Source: Massilicoli timonensis (GTDB lineage: Bacteria; Bacillota_I; Bacilli_A; Erysipelotrichales; Erysipelotrichaceae). Taken from it: a stretch of DNA of 32,000 bases. The position numbers and the translations under genes were made by a program. Where the stretch lies: NCBI RefSeq assembly GCF_900199515.1, contig NZ_LT963434.1, forward strand, positions 843,272 to 875,271, written 5' to 3'. Shown piece by piece: positions 8,936 through 17,505 of the stretch. A model generated the notes under the pieces. The model made no database searches. It was not told where the DNA came from and saw only the letters and a list, made by a program, of their open reading frames with translations. How positions within the stretch are numbered: the first letter of the stretch is position 1; each line of letters opens with the position of its first letter.

Positions 8936-10528
8936 TTGAAACAAAGAAAAAGGACATCCGGCAGACCGGTCAAGCTGAAACGCGGTTCTTCTTTTGATGT
9001 ATTGATCGCGATCATTGCGGTTTTGACTAGCGCTGCCTTTCTATATTCCTTGTTTTCATTTAAGGTGATCCCGACGAAATGGGTCATGTTGATCATGCTG
9101 GGCCTATCGTTTGTATTATTGATCTTAGCTTTTTTAAGCATCGTGCGCACCAAACGCTGGATCAGCGTCGTAAAACGATTTTTACTGCTTTTGATTGCGA
9201 TCGCCACCAGTGTCGGCACATTGTTTGTATGGCGCTTAAAGGACAGCATTTACCAGATCGGCAATTCCACGACGACGGAAATCGCCTATGTACTGGTAAA
9301 AGCGGACAGTGATATTCAAAAACAGAGCGAGCTTTCGCAAAAGAGCGTGCTTTATCATGACGGCACCGATGCGGATATCGGCAAAAAAGTACAGGAAGCG
9401 TTAAATAAAGAAGTGGCGAATATTCGCTATGAGAAAAATGAAAGCTATCTGGATATGAGTGAAGCGCTGTTGGCAGCACAGTGCGATGCGATCATCGTAC
9501 CGCAGTCACAGTACAACTATTTGACCCGCAAAAACGAGAACCTGTCTGCTTCCGTACGCATTTTAAGCGAAATCACCTATACCAAAGAACATACCTCCAG
9601 CGGCAATATCGACATTACCGAAAAGCCGTTTGTCGTATTCGTCAGCGGTATGGATGAAGCAGGCGAACTCAACACCGATCTGCACAGCGATGTCAATATC
9701 CTGATGCTGGTCAATCCGATCACCAATGAGATGAAGATGATCAATATTCCACGTGACTCTTATCTGCCAAATCCGGCTTTGGAATATGGCAATGATAAAT
9801 TAACGCATACGGGCATGTATGGCGTGGAGAATACATTGCAGACGATCGAAAATCTGTTTCAGGTCGATATCGATTACTATGTGAAGATCAATTTTTCATC
9901 GTTGATCGAAATCGTCGATACGTTAGACGGTATTAACGTCGATGTCCAGATCACATTCTGTGAACAGGATGAAAACCGCAGCTTTGCACAGGAAGATCTG
10001 ATCTGTCTGAATGCCGGTCCTCAGGAATTAAACGGCAAACAGGCCTTGGCCTACGCCCGCCACCGCGACAGCTATGTCGATCAGGACCTTTCCAGAAATA
10101 AAGCGCAGGTCGATATCGTCAAGGGAATCGTAAAGAAGATCCTATCGCCATCCGGCATCACCAAAGTGGATACGCTGCTTGGCAATGTCAGCGATTATGT
10201 CATGACGAACTTCAGCGGCGATGAGATTTCTGCTTTTGCGGCCAGTGAACTGGAAGACGGAGAAGCTTGGACGATTTCTTCGCTTACGATCAGCGACCGC
10301 ACTTTCGACAGCAGGATCAATGCGTCGGCGCCGGATCTGGGACCGTTAGATGTTTATTTGTTCTCAAAAGAAGATGTGGCGGAAGTAAGAGAAGCGATCG
10401 ATTCCTTTATCGATCCACAAAAGCTTTCCGATTTCAGCTTTGATTTAGATGATCTGCATGGCAAGACTTATGAGAAATTAAAAAACAACGGCGTCGTATA
10501 TGATGTCGATGCGCAGTATCCACATTGA
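8936..10528 (+). CDS. LytR-CpsA-Psr (LCP) family cell-envelope glycopolymer transferase, paralogue 1
   Basis: 530 aa with a TTG start 6 nt after GAGGTGA. Three N-terminal TM helices are followed by LCP motifs: VFVSGMD, DVNILMLVNP, INIPRDSY, NDKLTHTG and ALAYARHRDSYVDQDLSRNKAQ. Confidence 0.85.
   Translation: MKQRKRTSGRPVKLKRGSSFDVLIAIIAVLTSAAFLYSLFSFKVIPTKWVMLIMLGLSFVLLILAFLSIVRTKRWISVVKRFLLLLIAIATSVGTLFVWRLKDSIYQIGNSTTTEIAYVLVKADSDIQKQSELSQKSVLYHDGTDADIGKKVQEALNKEVANIRYEKNESYLDMSEALLAAQCDAIIVPQSQYNYLTRKNENLSASVRILSEITYTKEHTSSGNIDITEKPFVVFVSGMDEAGELNTDLHSDVNILMLVNPITNEMKMINIPRDSYLPNPALEYGNDKLTHTGMYGVENTLQTIENLFQVDIDYYVKINFSSLIEIVDTLDGINVDVQITFCEQDENRSFAQEDLICLNAGPQELNGKQALAYARHRDSYVDQDLSRNKAQVDIVKGIVKKILSPSGITKVDTLLGNVSDYVMTNFSGDEISAFAASELEDGEAWTISSLTISDRTFDSRINASAPDLGPLDVYLFSKEDVAEVREAIDSFIDPQKLSDFSFDLDDLHGKTYEKLKNNGVVYDVDAQYPH
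9956..10008 (+). repeat. 53-nt block nearly identical to 11756-11808 (copy 1, inside LCP paralogue 1)
   Basis: TTCTGTGAACAGGATGAAAACCGCAGCTTTGCACAGGAAGATCTGATCTGTCT. Only position 9998 (C) differs from the second copy (T at 11798). The flanking coding sequence is much more diverged. Confidence 0.9.
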
Positions 10529-10543
10529 TGTTACTTTTGAAAA

Positions 10544-10567
10544 AGCCTCTGTTACAGGGGCTTTTTT
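10544..10567 (+). terminator. Intrinsic terminator after LCP paralogue 1
   Basis: AGCCTCTG-TTA-CAGGGGCT hairpin (one G-U pair) followed by a T6 run, 16 nt after the stop codon. Confidence 0.7.
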
Positions 10568-10750
10568 ATTAGATCGTGAAGTGCATTTTTCTTACTCTTT
10601 ATCTAAGCGCAAACGATGGAAAGCGGTTATTTCAATCATTTCATCTGTCAGTGCTGTCTGTTTCCGATCTTTTCTTTTTCATTCTTTTTACAATTTTATT
10701 AGTTATCTTGCCCTATTATCGTGTATAATACTGATATTGAGGTGATATTG

Positions 10751-12529
10751 ATGAAATTATTAAAATCTCGAAAATTCTGGGATGCGCTGCTGGCGGTTTT
10801 GTTTGTGGCAGCGGGATCCTATTTGGTATATCGGCTTTATGCGTTCCGCTTTCTGCCGGATAAATACTTATACATGATCATTTTGATCTTGGTCTTGCTT
10901 GCTTTGATCTTTATCCTGATGATCTTTGCGAAAGTCAAAGAGTGGATCCAGTGGATCAAACGCGTGCTTATCGTGCTGCTGTGCATCGGTTTGACATTTG
11001 CGGCAGTAACGATCGGCAATGTGGAATCTTCTACCCGCAAGATCACCGCAGCGGAAACCATCGGCTACACCAATATCCATGTCGTTGTGCGAAATGACAG
11101 CGGAATTGATGCGATTGCCGATCTCAGCGATAAAAAGGTGCTAATCCAAGATGGCAACGACAAAGAATACGGTGAATATGTAAAAAAGAAGATCACTGCA
11201 TCCAAGAAAGCCAAAGATGTGACATTTGAGGAAAAACTGGATTACAGTACGATGATCAGCGATCTGCTGAATGAAAAGTGCGATGCGATCGTCATTACCG
11301 ACGCCGCTTATCAGACGCTGGGGCAAAGCATTGCTGCGGTAAAGAGCGATACCGGCATCATTCAGACCTATAAGAAAAAGAAAACCATTACCGCAAACGG
11401 CAGTGAAAAGGATATCCGCTATGAAACCTTTACGATCTTTATTACCGGAAATGAAGGAACCGGCGATATCAACACGGATAACAACAGTGATGTCAATATG
11501 TTGCTGATCGTGAATCCGCTTGCGGCACACGTGGAAATGATCTCCATTCCGCGCGACAGCTTTGTGCCGAATCCGGCACTGGGCAACCGCAATGACAAAT
11601 TGACGCATACCGGTTCTTCCGGCAGTGAAAATACGGTAACGGCGATCGAACAGTTGTTCGGTATTGATGTAGATTTCTATTTGAAGCTCAATTTCAGCTC
11701 CGTTATCGAGATCGTCGATGCACTGGACGGCATTGACATCGATATTCCGCTTGATTTCTGTGAACAGGATGAAAACCGCAGCTTTGCACAGGAAGATTTG
11801 ATCTGTCTAAGCAAGGGCGAACAACGGATCGACGGCCGTGAGGCACTTGCCTATGCCCGTCATCGCCACAGCTATGTCGATCAGGATCTATCGCGCAACC
11901 AGGCACAGCAGCGCGTATTCCAAGCAATCGTCAAACGTATGCTGCATATCGGCAACGTCGGTAAGATCGAAAAGCTGATGGATATTGCGACTCGCCTTTG
12001 TGCGACCAATATGCCGATCGAACAAGTAACCAACTTCATTTCTTATCAGTTGGATCATCCGCAGGAGTGGACGTTCTCCTCGATCTCTTTGAACAACGGC
12101 TATTCGGATATGCTTGCGACTGCCAGCATGGGAAGCGCGCTTCCGCTCAGTGTTTATCTGTTAAATAAAGATGATATTCAGGCGGTGATCGATCGTTATC
12201 AAGAACTTTGCGAGCTGATGAATTTTTCGACCTTCGCTTTTGATCTCAACAATTTAGAAAAAGATCGGGTCTATGTATCAAGCGATTATAACTTCTTATG
12301 GGCAGGCGATAACACATCACAATGGGAAGCCGTCATAAATGAAGAAACGATCTTGCCGGATACGCCGACCCAGACTCCTAGTGAGCCAAGCGAGCCGACA
12401 ACGCCGACGCAGCCAAGCGAGCCAAGCACCGGCGGCAATGAAGAAACGACTGCGCCAAGCGAGCCGGATGAAGGAAATACGGAAACCGATCCAAGCACAC
12501 CGGATACTTCACAAACGGTACAGCCATAA
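10751..12529 (+). CDS. LytR-CpsA-Psr (LCP) family protein, paralogue 2, with a Pro/Thr/Glu-rich C-terminal tail
   Basis: Same architecture and motifs as paralogue 1 (ISIPRDSF, NDKLTHTG, ALAYARHRHSYVDQDLSRNQAQ). I prefer the ATG at 10751 (MKLLKSRKFW), 5 nt after GAGGTGA, over the GTG at 10721 in the track. A TATAAT lies at 10724-10729. Confidence 0.85.
   Translation: MKLLKSRKFWDALLAVLFVAAGSYLVYRLYAFRFLPDKYLYMIILILVLLALIFILMIFAKVKEWIQWIKRVLIVLLCIGLTFAAVTIGNVESSTRKITAAETIGYTNIHVVVRNDSGIDAIADLSDKKVLIQDGNDKEYGEYVKKKITASKKAKDVTFEEKLDYSTMISDLLNEKCDAIVITDAAYQTLGQSIAAVKSDTGIIQTYKKKKTITANGSEKDIRYETFTIFITGNEGTGDINTDNNSDVNMLLIVNPLAAHVEMISIPRDSFVPNPALGNRNDKLTHTGSSGSENTVTAIEQLFGIDVDFYLKLNFSSVIEIVDALDGIDIDIPLDFCEQDENRSFAQEDLICLSKGEQRIDGREALAYARHRHSYVDQDLSRNQAQQRVFQAIVKRMLHIGNVGKIEKLMDIATRLCATNMPIEQVTNFISYQLDHPQEWTFSSISLNNGYSDMLATASMGSALPLSVYLLNKDDIQAVIDRYQELCELMNFSTFAFDLNNLEKDRVYVSSDYNFLWAGDNTSQWEAVINEETILPDTPTQTPSEPSEPTTPTQPSEPSTGGNEETTAPSEPDEGNTETDPSTPDTSQTVQP
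11756..11808 (+). repeat. 53-nt block nearly identical to 9956-10008 (copy 2, inside LCP paralogue 2)
   Basis: Same sequence with 1 mismatch, offset exactly 1800 bp from copy 1. A further identical 20-mer, CACAGCTATGTCGATCAGGA, follows ~60 nt downstream in both genes. Confidence 0.9.
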
Positions 12530-12535
12530 AAAAAG

Positions 12536-12569
12536 AGCAACATGCGTGAGCGTGCATGCTGCTTTTTTT
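12536..12569. terminator. Bidirectional intrinsic terminator between convergent genes
   Basis: AGCAACATGC-(8 nt)-GCATGCTGCT hairpin with one mismatch. An A-run lies on the left and a T7 run on the right, between the LCP2 stop (12529) and the stop of the minus-strand 397-aa gene (12568). Confidence 0.6.
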
Positions 12570-13761
12570 ATGCTTGTGTCTTTGGCGTTTCTTCTTTGAT
12601 GTAAGTCATCTTTTTTAACAGTGCTAGCGCTGTTTCCAATAAGGCAGCTTCCTGATAGATAAACTGCACTTGCAGCGCTTCTTCATCATGCACGATCTGC
12701 GCATCTAACACTTGATGATCCACTTCCTTTATCAAACGATAACTGCCCTGCAAGCCTTCCCCATCCATCACGAGCGCATGTTCATAAGCCGCTTTTCGCA
12801 AAGGGACAGGCGTTGCTTTCATCATCCATGACCACGGTGCGTTTTCGCTTTCATAAGGTCCGATCAAGATCAGCGCATCGCTGAAAGCATCTTCCTGCTT
12901 TTCACACGTACCTATGGCGGCAATGCGCCAGTTGTGAAAAGGATAATATACATGATGGCGGCGGTATCCGAAAGCTGTTGTTTCATCCAGCTTATGCGCC
13001 AGATGGATCTGCGGCGTTCTGCCCAGCACCTGACACAATTCACTGTACGCGTGCATCGGAATCGCGATCTGCGCGTCTTTTTCATAGGCAATCTCAAAGC
13101 GATCCACGATCTCATGTGCAATCTGTTTGGTCGTTTCATTCATGTTGGCGTAAGTAAAATAGCCTTCTTTCCACAACAGCGCCAAAGCGGTATTGCGATA
13201 AAAGGACGCGTCTTTTTCGATCTGATTCCAAACAAATACACGCTGTGCCAGTTCCGGCGCCTCATTCATTGCGATCTCATCATACGACAAGTAGCCAAGC
13301 GGGGTGATCACATGTGCTTCCTTTGGCTGCGGTTCATAGCTTTGATGATCCCATGCGATCATGAATTGTGCATCAAAAGCAGCGCCGATGATCTGTTCCC
13401 GCATTTCCTCCAGCCATTCATAAAAGTGCGCTTCCAGCAATTCAAAATCCTGATGGGTGAGATAATTGCTGGAATCCTGCAAAGAAAAATCGATCTCGCT
13501 TTCCTCCTGTATCTTTTGCATCAGCCTCAAAGCCGCATGATGAAACCCCGCACCGGCATAACTGGTGATCGCCGTTAAGCTCACAAAGCCTTTTTCATAC
13601 ACACATGAAATGATCCCATTTGGACAAAGGTGCAGTTGCACCAGATCGCCATAGTCCTCCACTTTGATCTGTTCCTTTTCGCCCAGCTCTCGCAGTTGCT
13701 TGGTAAAGCTTTCCGGCTCCAGTTTCCCCAGCGCGCCTTCCATCAGTAATTCGATTTCCAT
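12568..13761 (-). CDS. Hypothetical cytoplasmic protein, 397 aa, no family recognised
   Basis: Long ORF with protein-like acidic composition. GTGAGG lies 7 nt upstream of the ATG and a terminator lies downstream. I cannot assign any motif. Confidence 0.6.
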   Translation of the reverse strand: MEIELLMEGALGKLEPESFTKQLRELGEKEQIKVEDYGDLVQLHLCPNGIISCVYEKGFVSLTAITSYAGAGFHHAALRLMQKIQEESEIDFSLQDSSNYLTHQDFELLEAHFYEWLEEMREQIIGAAFDAQFMIAWDHQSYEPQPKEAHVITPLGYLSYDEIAMNEAPELAQRVFVWNQIEKDASFYRNTALALLWKEGYFTYANMNETTKQIAHEIVDRFEIAYEKDAQIAIPMHAYSELCQVLGRTPQIHLAHKLDETTAFGYRRHHVYYPFHNWRIAAIGTCEKQEDAFSDALILIGPYESENAPWSWMMKATPVPLRKAAYEHALVMDGEGLQGSYRLIKEVDHQVLDAQIVHDEEALQVQFIYQEAALLETALALLKKMTYIKEETPKTQA

Positions 13762-13782
13762 TTTTTAGCCTCACTTTCCATC

Positions 13783-13804
13783 TAAAAAAGCTGATTGCTC
13801 AGCT
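13783..13804 (-). terminator. Intrinsic terminator after the lipoprotein gene
   Basis: The minus strand reads AGCTGA-GCAA-TCAGCT followed by T6, directly after the stop at 13806. Confidence 0.6.
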
Positions 13805-13805
13805 T

Positions 13806-14414
13806 TTATTCTAATCCGATCACTTCTAAGCGCCCCTGCGCATTCTTCATGACCTGAATGCTCATAGACGTCTTCAGCGCATCGTTTGACAGTTCGGTAT
13901 TCTCATATTTCGCCGTTAAGGATACGATATAACCTTCCCCGCTCGTTTCACCGATATAAAGTGAAGAAGGCGTGATCTTTTCCGTTTTGAGTTCCTTCAT
14001 CTGCGGCAGAGAATCTTTATCATACTGCTTTACGATCGTCGCATAGCTGTTGTAATAATTGCTCTGCGCATACAGGGAAAACTCCTCGCGGTAATCCTGC
14101 GGCAGATACGTCAGACCGCCGATATCCGTACCGTCTTTCTTATTCGCCAGCGTCAGAAAGTCAAAGGCAAAATTCTTTGCCACCAGCTCTGCACATTTTT
14201 CTTCATCCGCTCCGTCCTTCAACGCTTTGCTCAGCTGATTGAACAGCTCGGTCTGCGTATTGTTTGGATCCTGCGGTGCTTCATATATCTCATTGGTTAC
14301 CAGTTTCACCTTTTTATTGGCTTCTTCTTTTTCACTGTCTTCGCCGCCGCAGCCGCTTACCGTAAACAGCAGGCAGGCAAACAAAGCAAGGGTCATTTTC
14401 CTAAAATTCTTCAC
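13806..14414 (-). CDS. Putative lipoprotein of unknown function
   Basis: 202 aa with signal peptide MKNFRKMTLALFACLLFTVSGC. The lipobox is V-S-G-C and is followed by a Gly/Glu/Ser-rich linker. GTG start 8 nt after AGGAG. Confidence 0.7.
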   Translation of the reverse strand: MKNFRKMTLALFACLLFTVSGCGGEDSEKEEANKKVKLVTNEIYEAPQDPNNTQTELFNQLSKALKDGADEEKCAELVAKNFAFDFLTLANKKDGTDIGGLTYLPQDYREEFSLYAQSNYYNSYATIVKQYDKDSLPQMKELKTEKITPSSLYIGETSGEGYIVSLTAKYENTELSNDALKTSMSIQVMKNAQGRLEVIGLE

Positions 14415-14450
14415 ATTGACAACTCCTCTCGCTTTATAAGTATAGCATAT

Positions 14451-15611
14451 TTATTCTGCTGTAAGCAAAATTTTTATCTGTTCAAACAAATTTTTATGCC
14501 AAGCGCCGCCGCCCTGTGCCAGCACTTCATTGCCGCCGCCATGCAAATGCAATACCGGGGCAATGCGGCGATATAAATCATCGGCTTTTTCTTCTAAAGT
14601 GGAAGAAACGGCGATCACGACCTGCGCACTGTCATAGATCTTTGCCACAAACACGACGATCCGCTCATAATGCGATACGATATAGCGCGCATATTGAGAA
14701 AGCGACTTCACGTCAATATCATCAAACTCCATAAAGATCGTATGCGGAAAACGCTTCGCCAAATCAGCGGCGCCCAGTTTATAATACTTGTGCTTCCAAA
14801 CGATCAGATCGGCACTCAGCGCTTTGACCTCATTGCCCAGCTTATAAATACCGCTGTTAATGTAAAGATGCGGCAGGGCCAGCGCTTTTCCCGCTTCATC
14901 CAGCACCGTATAGCGTTTATCAATGTTTTCCAGCAGCTGATCGCCGGCTTGATATAGGATCTTATAGCCGTTTGTCGTCTTTTCATAGCCCATGATATAG
15001 ATCGACTGAATATAGCGCAAACTTGGCACATGCATACAGCCGCATGGATTATAATCCAGATTGCCGATGCTGACGACGCGCAGATCATCATGTGCCAAAC
15101 GCTTGAGCGGGGCGTGCTTCATCGCTTCTTCATGGGTCGGATAAAACACCTTGATTGGCAGATCGTCGCGAATCAGGCCATTGCATAAGATCTGTAATTC
15201 ACTGACCTGTTTTTCACTGAAGCTCTTTAAGTTAAACTCAATATCGTTCTGTTCATCACTCACATGATGCGCCAAGACCTCGGTATGATAAACCTGATTG
15301 ACCAGCGCCGAGATCAGATGTTGCGCCGTATGGATCTGACATTTGCGAAAACGCGCGTGCATATTGATCGACAGATGCACCTGTCCGCTCAGTTTCACAT
15401 CCAACAAATGCCAAAGCATACCGCGTTTTTCTCTTAAAGCCAAGACCGGATGATTGGCGATGACCCCCTCATCACTGCTCATGCCGCCGCCCTCATAAAA
15501 GAAGATCGTTTCCCGCAAAGCATGCCAGTACAGGCCGTTCTCTTCCTCCACCTCGATCACTTCGCTTTGAAATTCGCTTAAAAAGCAGTCATCCAATAAA
15601 CGATTCAACAT
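14451..15611 (-). CDS. AlaX-L-type alanyl-tRNA editing protein (tRNA_SAD editing domain + DHHA1 domain)
   Basis: Carries the HxxxH motif HTAQHLISAL, the CxxxH motif CGCMHV and the C-terminal DHHA1-type GGGNEVLAQGGG. I prefer the ATG at 15611 (MLNRLLDD), preceded by GGAAGGAGTG, over the track start at 15659. Confidence 0.8.
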   Translation of the reverse strand: MLNRLLDDCFLSEFQSEVIEVEEENGLYWHALRETIFFYEGGGMSSDEGVIANHPVLALREKRGMLWHLLDVKLSGQVHLSINMHARFRKCQIHTAQHLISALVNQVYHTEVLAHHVSDEQNDIEFNLKSFSEKQVSELQILCNGLIRDDLPIKVFYPTHEEAMKHAPLKRLAHDDLRVVSIGNLDYNPCGCMHVPSLRYIQSIYIMGYEKTTNGYKILYQAGDQLLENIDKRYTVLDEAGKALALPHLYINSGIYKLGNEVKALSADLIVWKHKYYKLGAADLAKRFPHTIFMEFDDIDVKSLSQYARYIVSHYERIVVFVAKIYDSAQVVIAVSSTLEEKADDLYRRIAPVLHLHGGGNEVLAQGGGAWHKNLFEQIKILLTAE

Positions 15612-15730
15612 CCTTTCACTCCTTCCTGTTCTCTCTATGTTATTCTCATTCCGATACACTTATTTCTTATTATTTTATCACAGTTCCGTTTGATTTCCTG
15701 TCATTTTTTATGTGAAATGATGTTATCTCA

Positions 15731-15739
15731 TGCTATAAT
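15731..15739 (+). promoter_or_regulatory. Extended -10 promoter element (TGcTATAAT) for the methyltransferase gene
   Basis: TGCTATAAT lies ~37 nt upstream of the start codon in the divergent intergenic region. No good -35 was seen. Confidence 0.45.
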
Positions 15740-15775
15740 GATAGACAATGAGAAAAAAGAAAGAACGGAGGAGCC

Positions 15776-16654
15776 ATGATGAAACAAATTGCGCTGCACT
15801 GGGAAGACTATGAATGTCTGGATGCCGGAAACAATGAAAAGCTGGAACGCTGGAAAGATGTGATCCTGCGGCGTCCCGATCCCAGCGCCCTATGGCCGCT
15901 TCAGGAGGAAAGCAAGCTGTGGAAGCATCCCCATGCGCATTATCATCGTTCAAAGCAAGGGGGCGGACACTGGGAATACTTAAAGCCGTTAAAGGAGAGC
16001 TGGGTCATTTCCTATCGGGATCTGCGTTTTAAGGTGTCGCCGACCGGTTTTAAGCATACCGGCTTATTTCCCGAACAGGCAAGCAACTGGGATTTTATGA
16101 TGGAACAGATCAAAAACGCCGATCGCGAGATCCGCGTCCTGAACCTGTTTGCTTATACCGGCGGGGCGAGTATGGCCTGTGCGGCAGCCGGGGCGGCGGA
16201 AGTCGTGCATGTCGATGCCAGCAAGGGCATGGTGCAGTGGGCAAAAGAAAATATGGCGTTATCCCATTTGGAAAACAAAAAGATCCGTTTTATCGTTGAC
16301 GATGTCTTAAAATTTGTGGCGAGAGAAAAACGGCGCGGTCATACATATCATGCGATCATCATGGATCCGCCCAGCTACGGACGCGGTCCCAATAAAGAAG
16401 TATGGAAGATCGAAGAACAGTTATATCCGCTGGTTGCCGCATGTATGGAAATCCTTGACGATGATCCGCTGTTCTTTTTGATCAACGCTTATACGACCGG
16501 TTTCCCGCCGACCGCATTAGAAAACATTTTGGCGTCTACCGTGATGAAGAAACATCCAAACGGCGTGATCGAAGCAGGTGAAAATACATTGCCGATCAGC
16601 GCTTCTGCGCTTACGTTGCCTTGCGGCATCTATGGGCGCTGGGTCAAAAAATAA
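15776..16654 (+). CDS. Class I SAM-dependent methyltransferase (RlmI/RlmK-like, probable RNA methyltransferase)
   Basis: 292 aa. SAM-binding motif VLNLFAYTGGASMACAAAGA...VHVDAS and catalytic IIMDPPSYGRG (DPPxY/F) are present. The second ATG at 15779 is an equally possible start. Confidence 0.75.
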   Translation: MMKQIALHWEDYECLDAGNNEKLERWKDVILRRPDPSALWPLQEESKLWKHPHAHYHRSKQGGGHWEYLKPLKESWVISYRDLRFKVSPTGFKHTGLFPEQASNWDFMMEQIKNADREIRVLNLFAYTGGASMACAAAGAAEVVHVDASKGMVQWAKENMALSHLENKKIRFIVDDVLKFVAREKRRGHTYHAIIMDPPSYGRGPNKEVWKIEEQLYPLVAACMEILDDDPLFFLINAYTTGFPPTALENILASTVMKKHPNGVIEAGENTLPISASALTLPCGIYGRWVKK

Positions 16655-16666
16655 AAGCTGCGCACT

Positions 16667-16692
16667 AAAAAAGGACATCTGTCCTTTTTTTT
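16667..16692. terminator. Bidirectional intrinsic terminator
   Basis: AAGGAC-ATCT-GTCCTT hairpin flanked by an A6 run and a T8 run, between convergent genes (stops at 16654 and 16698). Confidence 0.65.
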
Positions 16693-16697
16693 GATCG

Positions 16698-17504
16698 CTA
16701 AGCGAACGCACCGTTTTTCAAATGTCCGTATGTAATGGCGATATTGACTGCTTCTCTTGCGGAAAACAGACGGCAGCGGTCATTGTTGATATACATAAAT
16801 TCAACGATCTTGCGATCCTCCATGACCATGCCGACTTCCTGAAACACGTCGTTTTGATAAGGGATATCCAACAGCTCCTGAAACGCTGTTTCCCCGCCTT
16901 TGGCAATCGGTACGCTTACCAAACGCACCGGCAGATCTAACGCATGGTTTGCCATTTGAAATACGGCACAGGAAGCATAGCCGCATCCAAACAGCAGCAC
17001 ATAGCCATTTAACTCACAAAGCTTGCCAAGCGGTGATTCTTCATTCAAGCCGAAATGCAGCGGATGCTTTTCCACGATTACCTTTGCGTACTTGCCCCAT
17101 GCAAGGAAAGAATAAAGCGGGTGATGGGAACGCAGCACGCCTTCATTGCGCATAAATTGGGCAGCTAATGTATTGCGCGGCGCATCCAGCTTGCGATCAA
17201 AAGGACGCTCGCCTTTGCGGATCTGTTCCCACTGCTCCCGATATTCCTTGCCATCCCACAGGCATGCGGGATCTTTTTTATAAGGTGTAAAAGCAGGCAT
17301 GACCAGCGTGCCTTCATAGCCGATCACTTCCATGATCGCATCGATCAGTGTCTGCGCGCCGCCGATGATCTTCCCCAGCTTTTCCATCTTGCCCTGCACA
17401 AGCAGCACCATGCCTTTGCGTACGCCCATGCCCTGCAGCTGTTCCTTGATATAATGCTTATCGCATACGCAGGGAATCTGTTTCTGCTCTTTTCGCTGTG
17501 TCAT
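16698..17504 (-). CDS. AAC(3)-family (Antibiotic_NAT fold, YokD-like) N-acetyltransferase
   Basis: Contains LQGMGVRKGMVLLVQGKMEKLGKIIGGAQTLIDAIMEVIGYEGTLVMPAFT, which matches the conserved N-terminal block of aminoglycoside 3-N-acetyltransferase-family proteins. I prefer the ATG at 17504 (MTQRKEQ), 5 nt after AGGAGGG, over the track start at 17588. Confidence 0.7.
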   Translation of the reverse strand: MTQRKEQKQIPCVCDKHYIKEQLQGMGVRKGMVLLVQGKMEKLGKIIGGAQTLIDAIMEVIGYEGTLVMPAFTPYKKDPACLWDGKEYREQWEQIRKGERPFDRKLDAPRNTLAAQFMRNEGVLRSHHPLYSFLAWGKYAKVIVEKHPLHFGLNEESPLGKLCELNGYVLLFGCGYASCAVFQMANHALDLPVRLVSVPIAKGGETAFQELLDIPYQNDVFQEVGMVMEDRKIVEFMYINNDRCRLFSAREAVNIAITYGHLKNGAFA

Positions 17505-17505
17505 G

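Noticed and set aside
10610-10640. GGAAAGCGGTTATTTCA as a CcpA cre site upstream of LCP-2.
   Set aside because: It has two mismatches to TGNAANCGNWNNCW at invariant positions (the initial T and the penultimate C). There is no carbohydrate-related gene downstream.
10721-10750. N-terminal extensions in the ORF track: GTG 10721 for LCP-2, plus 15659, 17588, 20936, 23025, 25055, 30078, 4081 and 5775.
   Set aside because: In each case an internal ATG/TTG is preceded at 5-9 nt by a GGAGG-type Shine-Dalgarno site and gives a conventional N-terminus. The longer versions overlap upstream genes or promoters.
12355-12529. The Pro/Thr-rich tail of LCP-2 as a sortase-anchored wall domain.
   Set aside because: There is no LPXTG-like motif, hydrophobic segment or charged tail at the C-terminus.
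12934-13578. 214-aa plus-strand ORF antisense to the 397-aa gene. Similar antisense ORFs occur at 594-926, 970-1233, 11141-11608, 22505-22939, 24227-24544 and 30904-31398.
   Set aside because: These ORFs have Arg/Cys/Phe-rich, low-complexity composition and no RBS. Each lies wholly inside a longer opposite-strand ORF that has recognisable motifs or good start/terminator signals. They are typical shadow ORFs.
16698-17504. Calling the AAC(3)-family gene an aminoglycoside-resistance determinant.
   Set aside because: Only family membership can be seen. Chromosomal YokD-like members often give no resistance. There is no mobile-element context and the composition matches the host.
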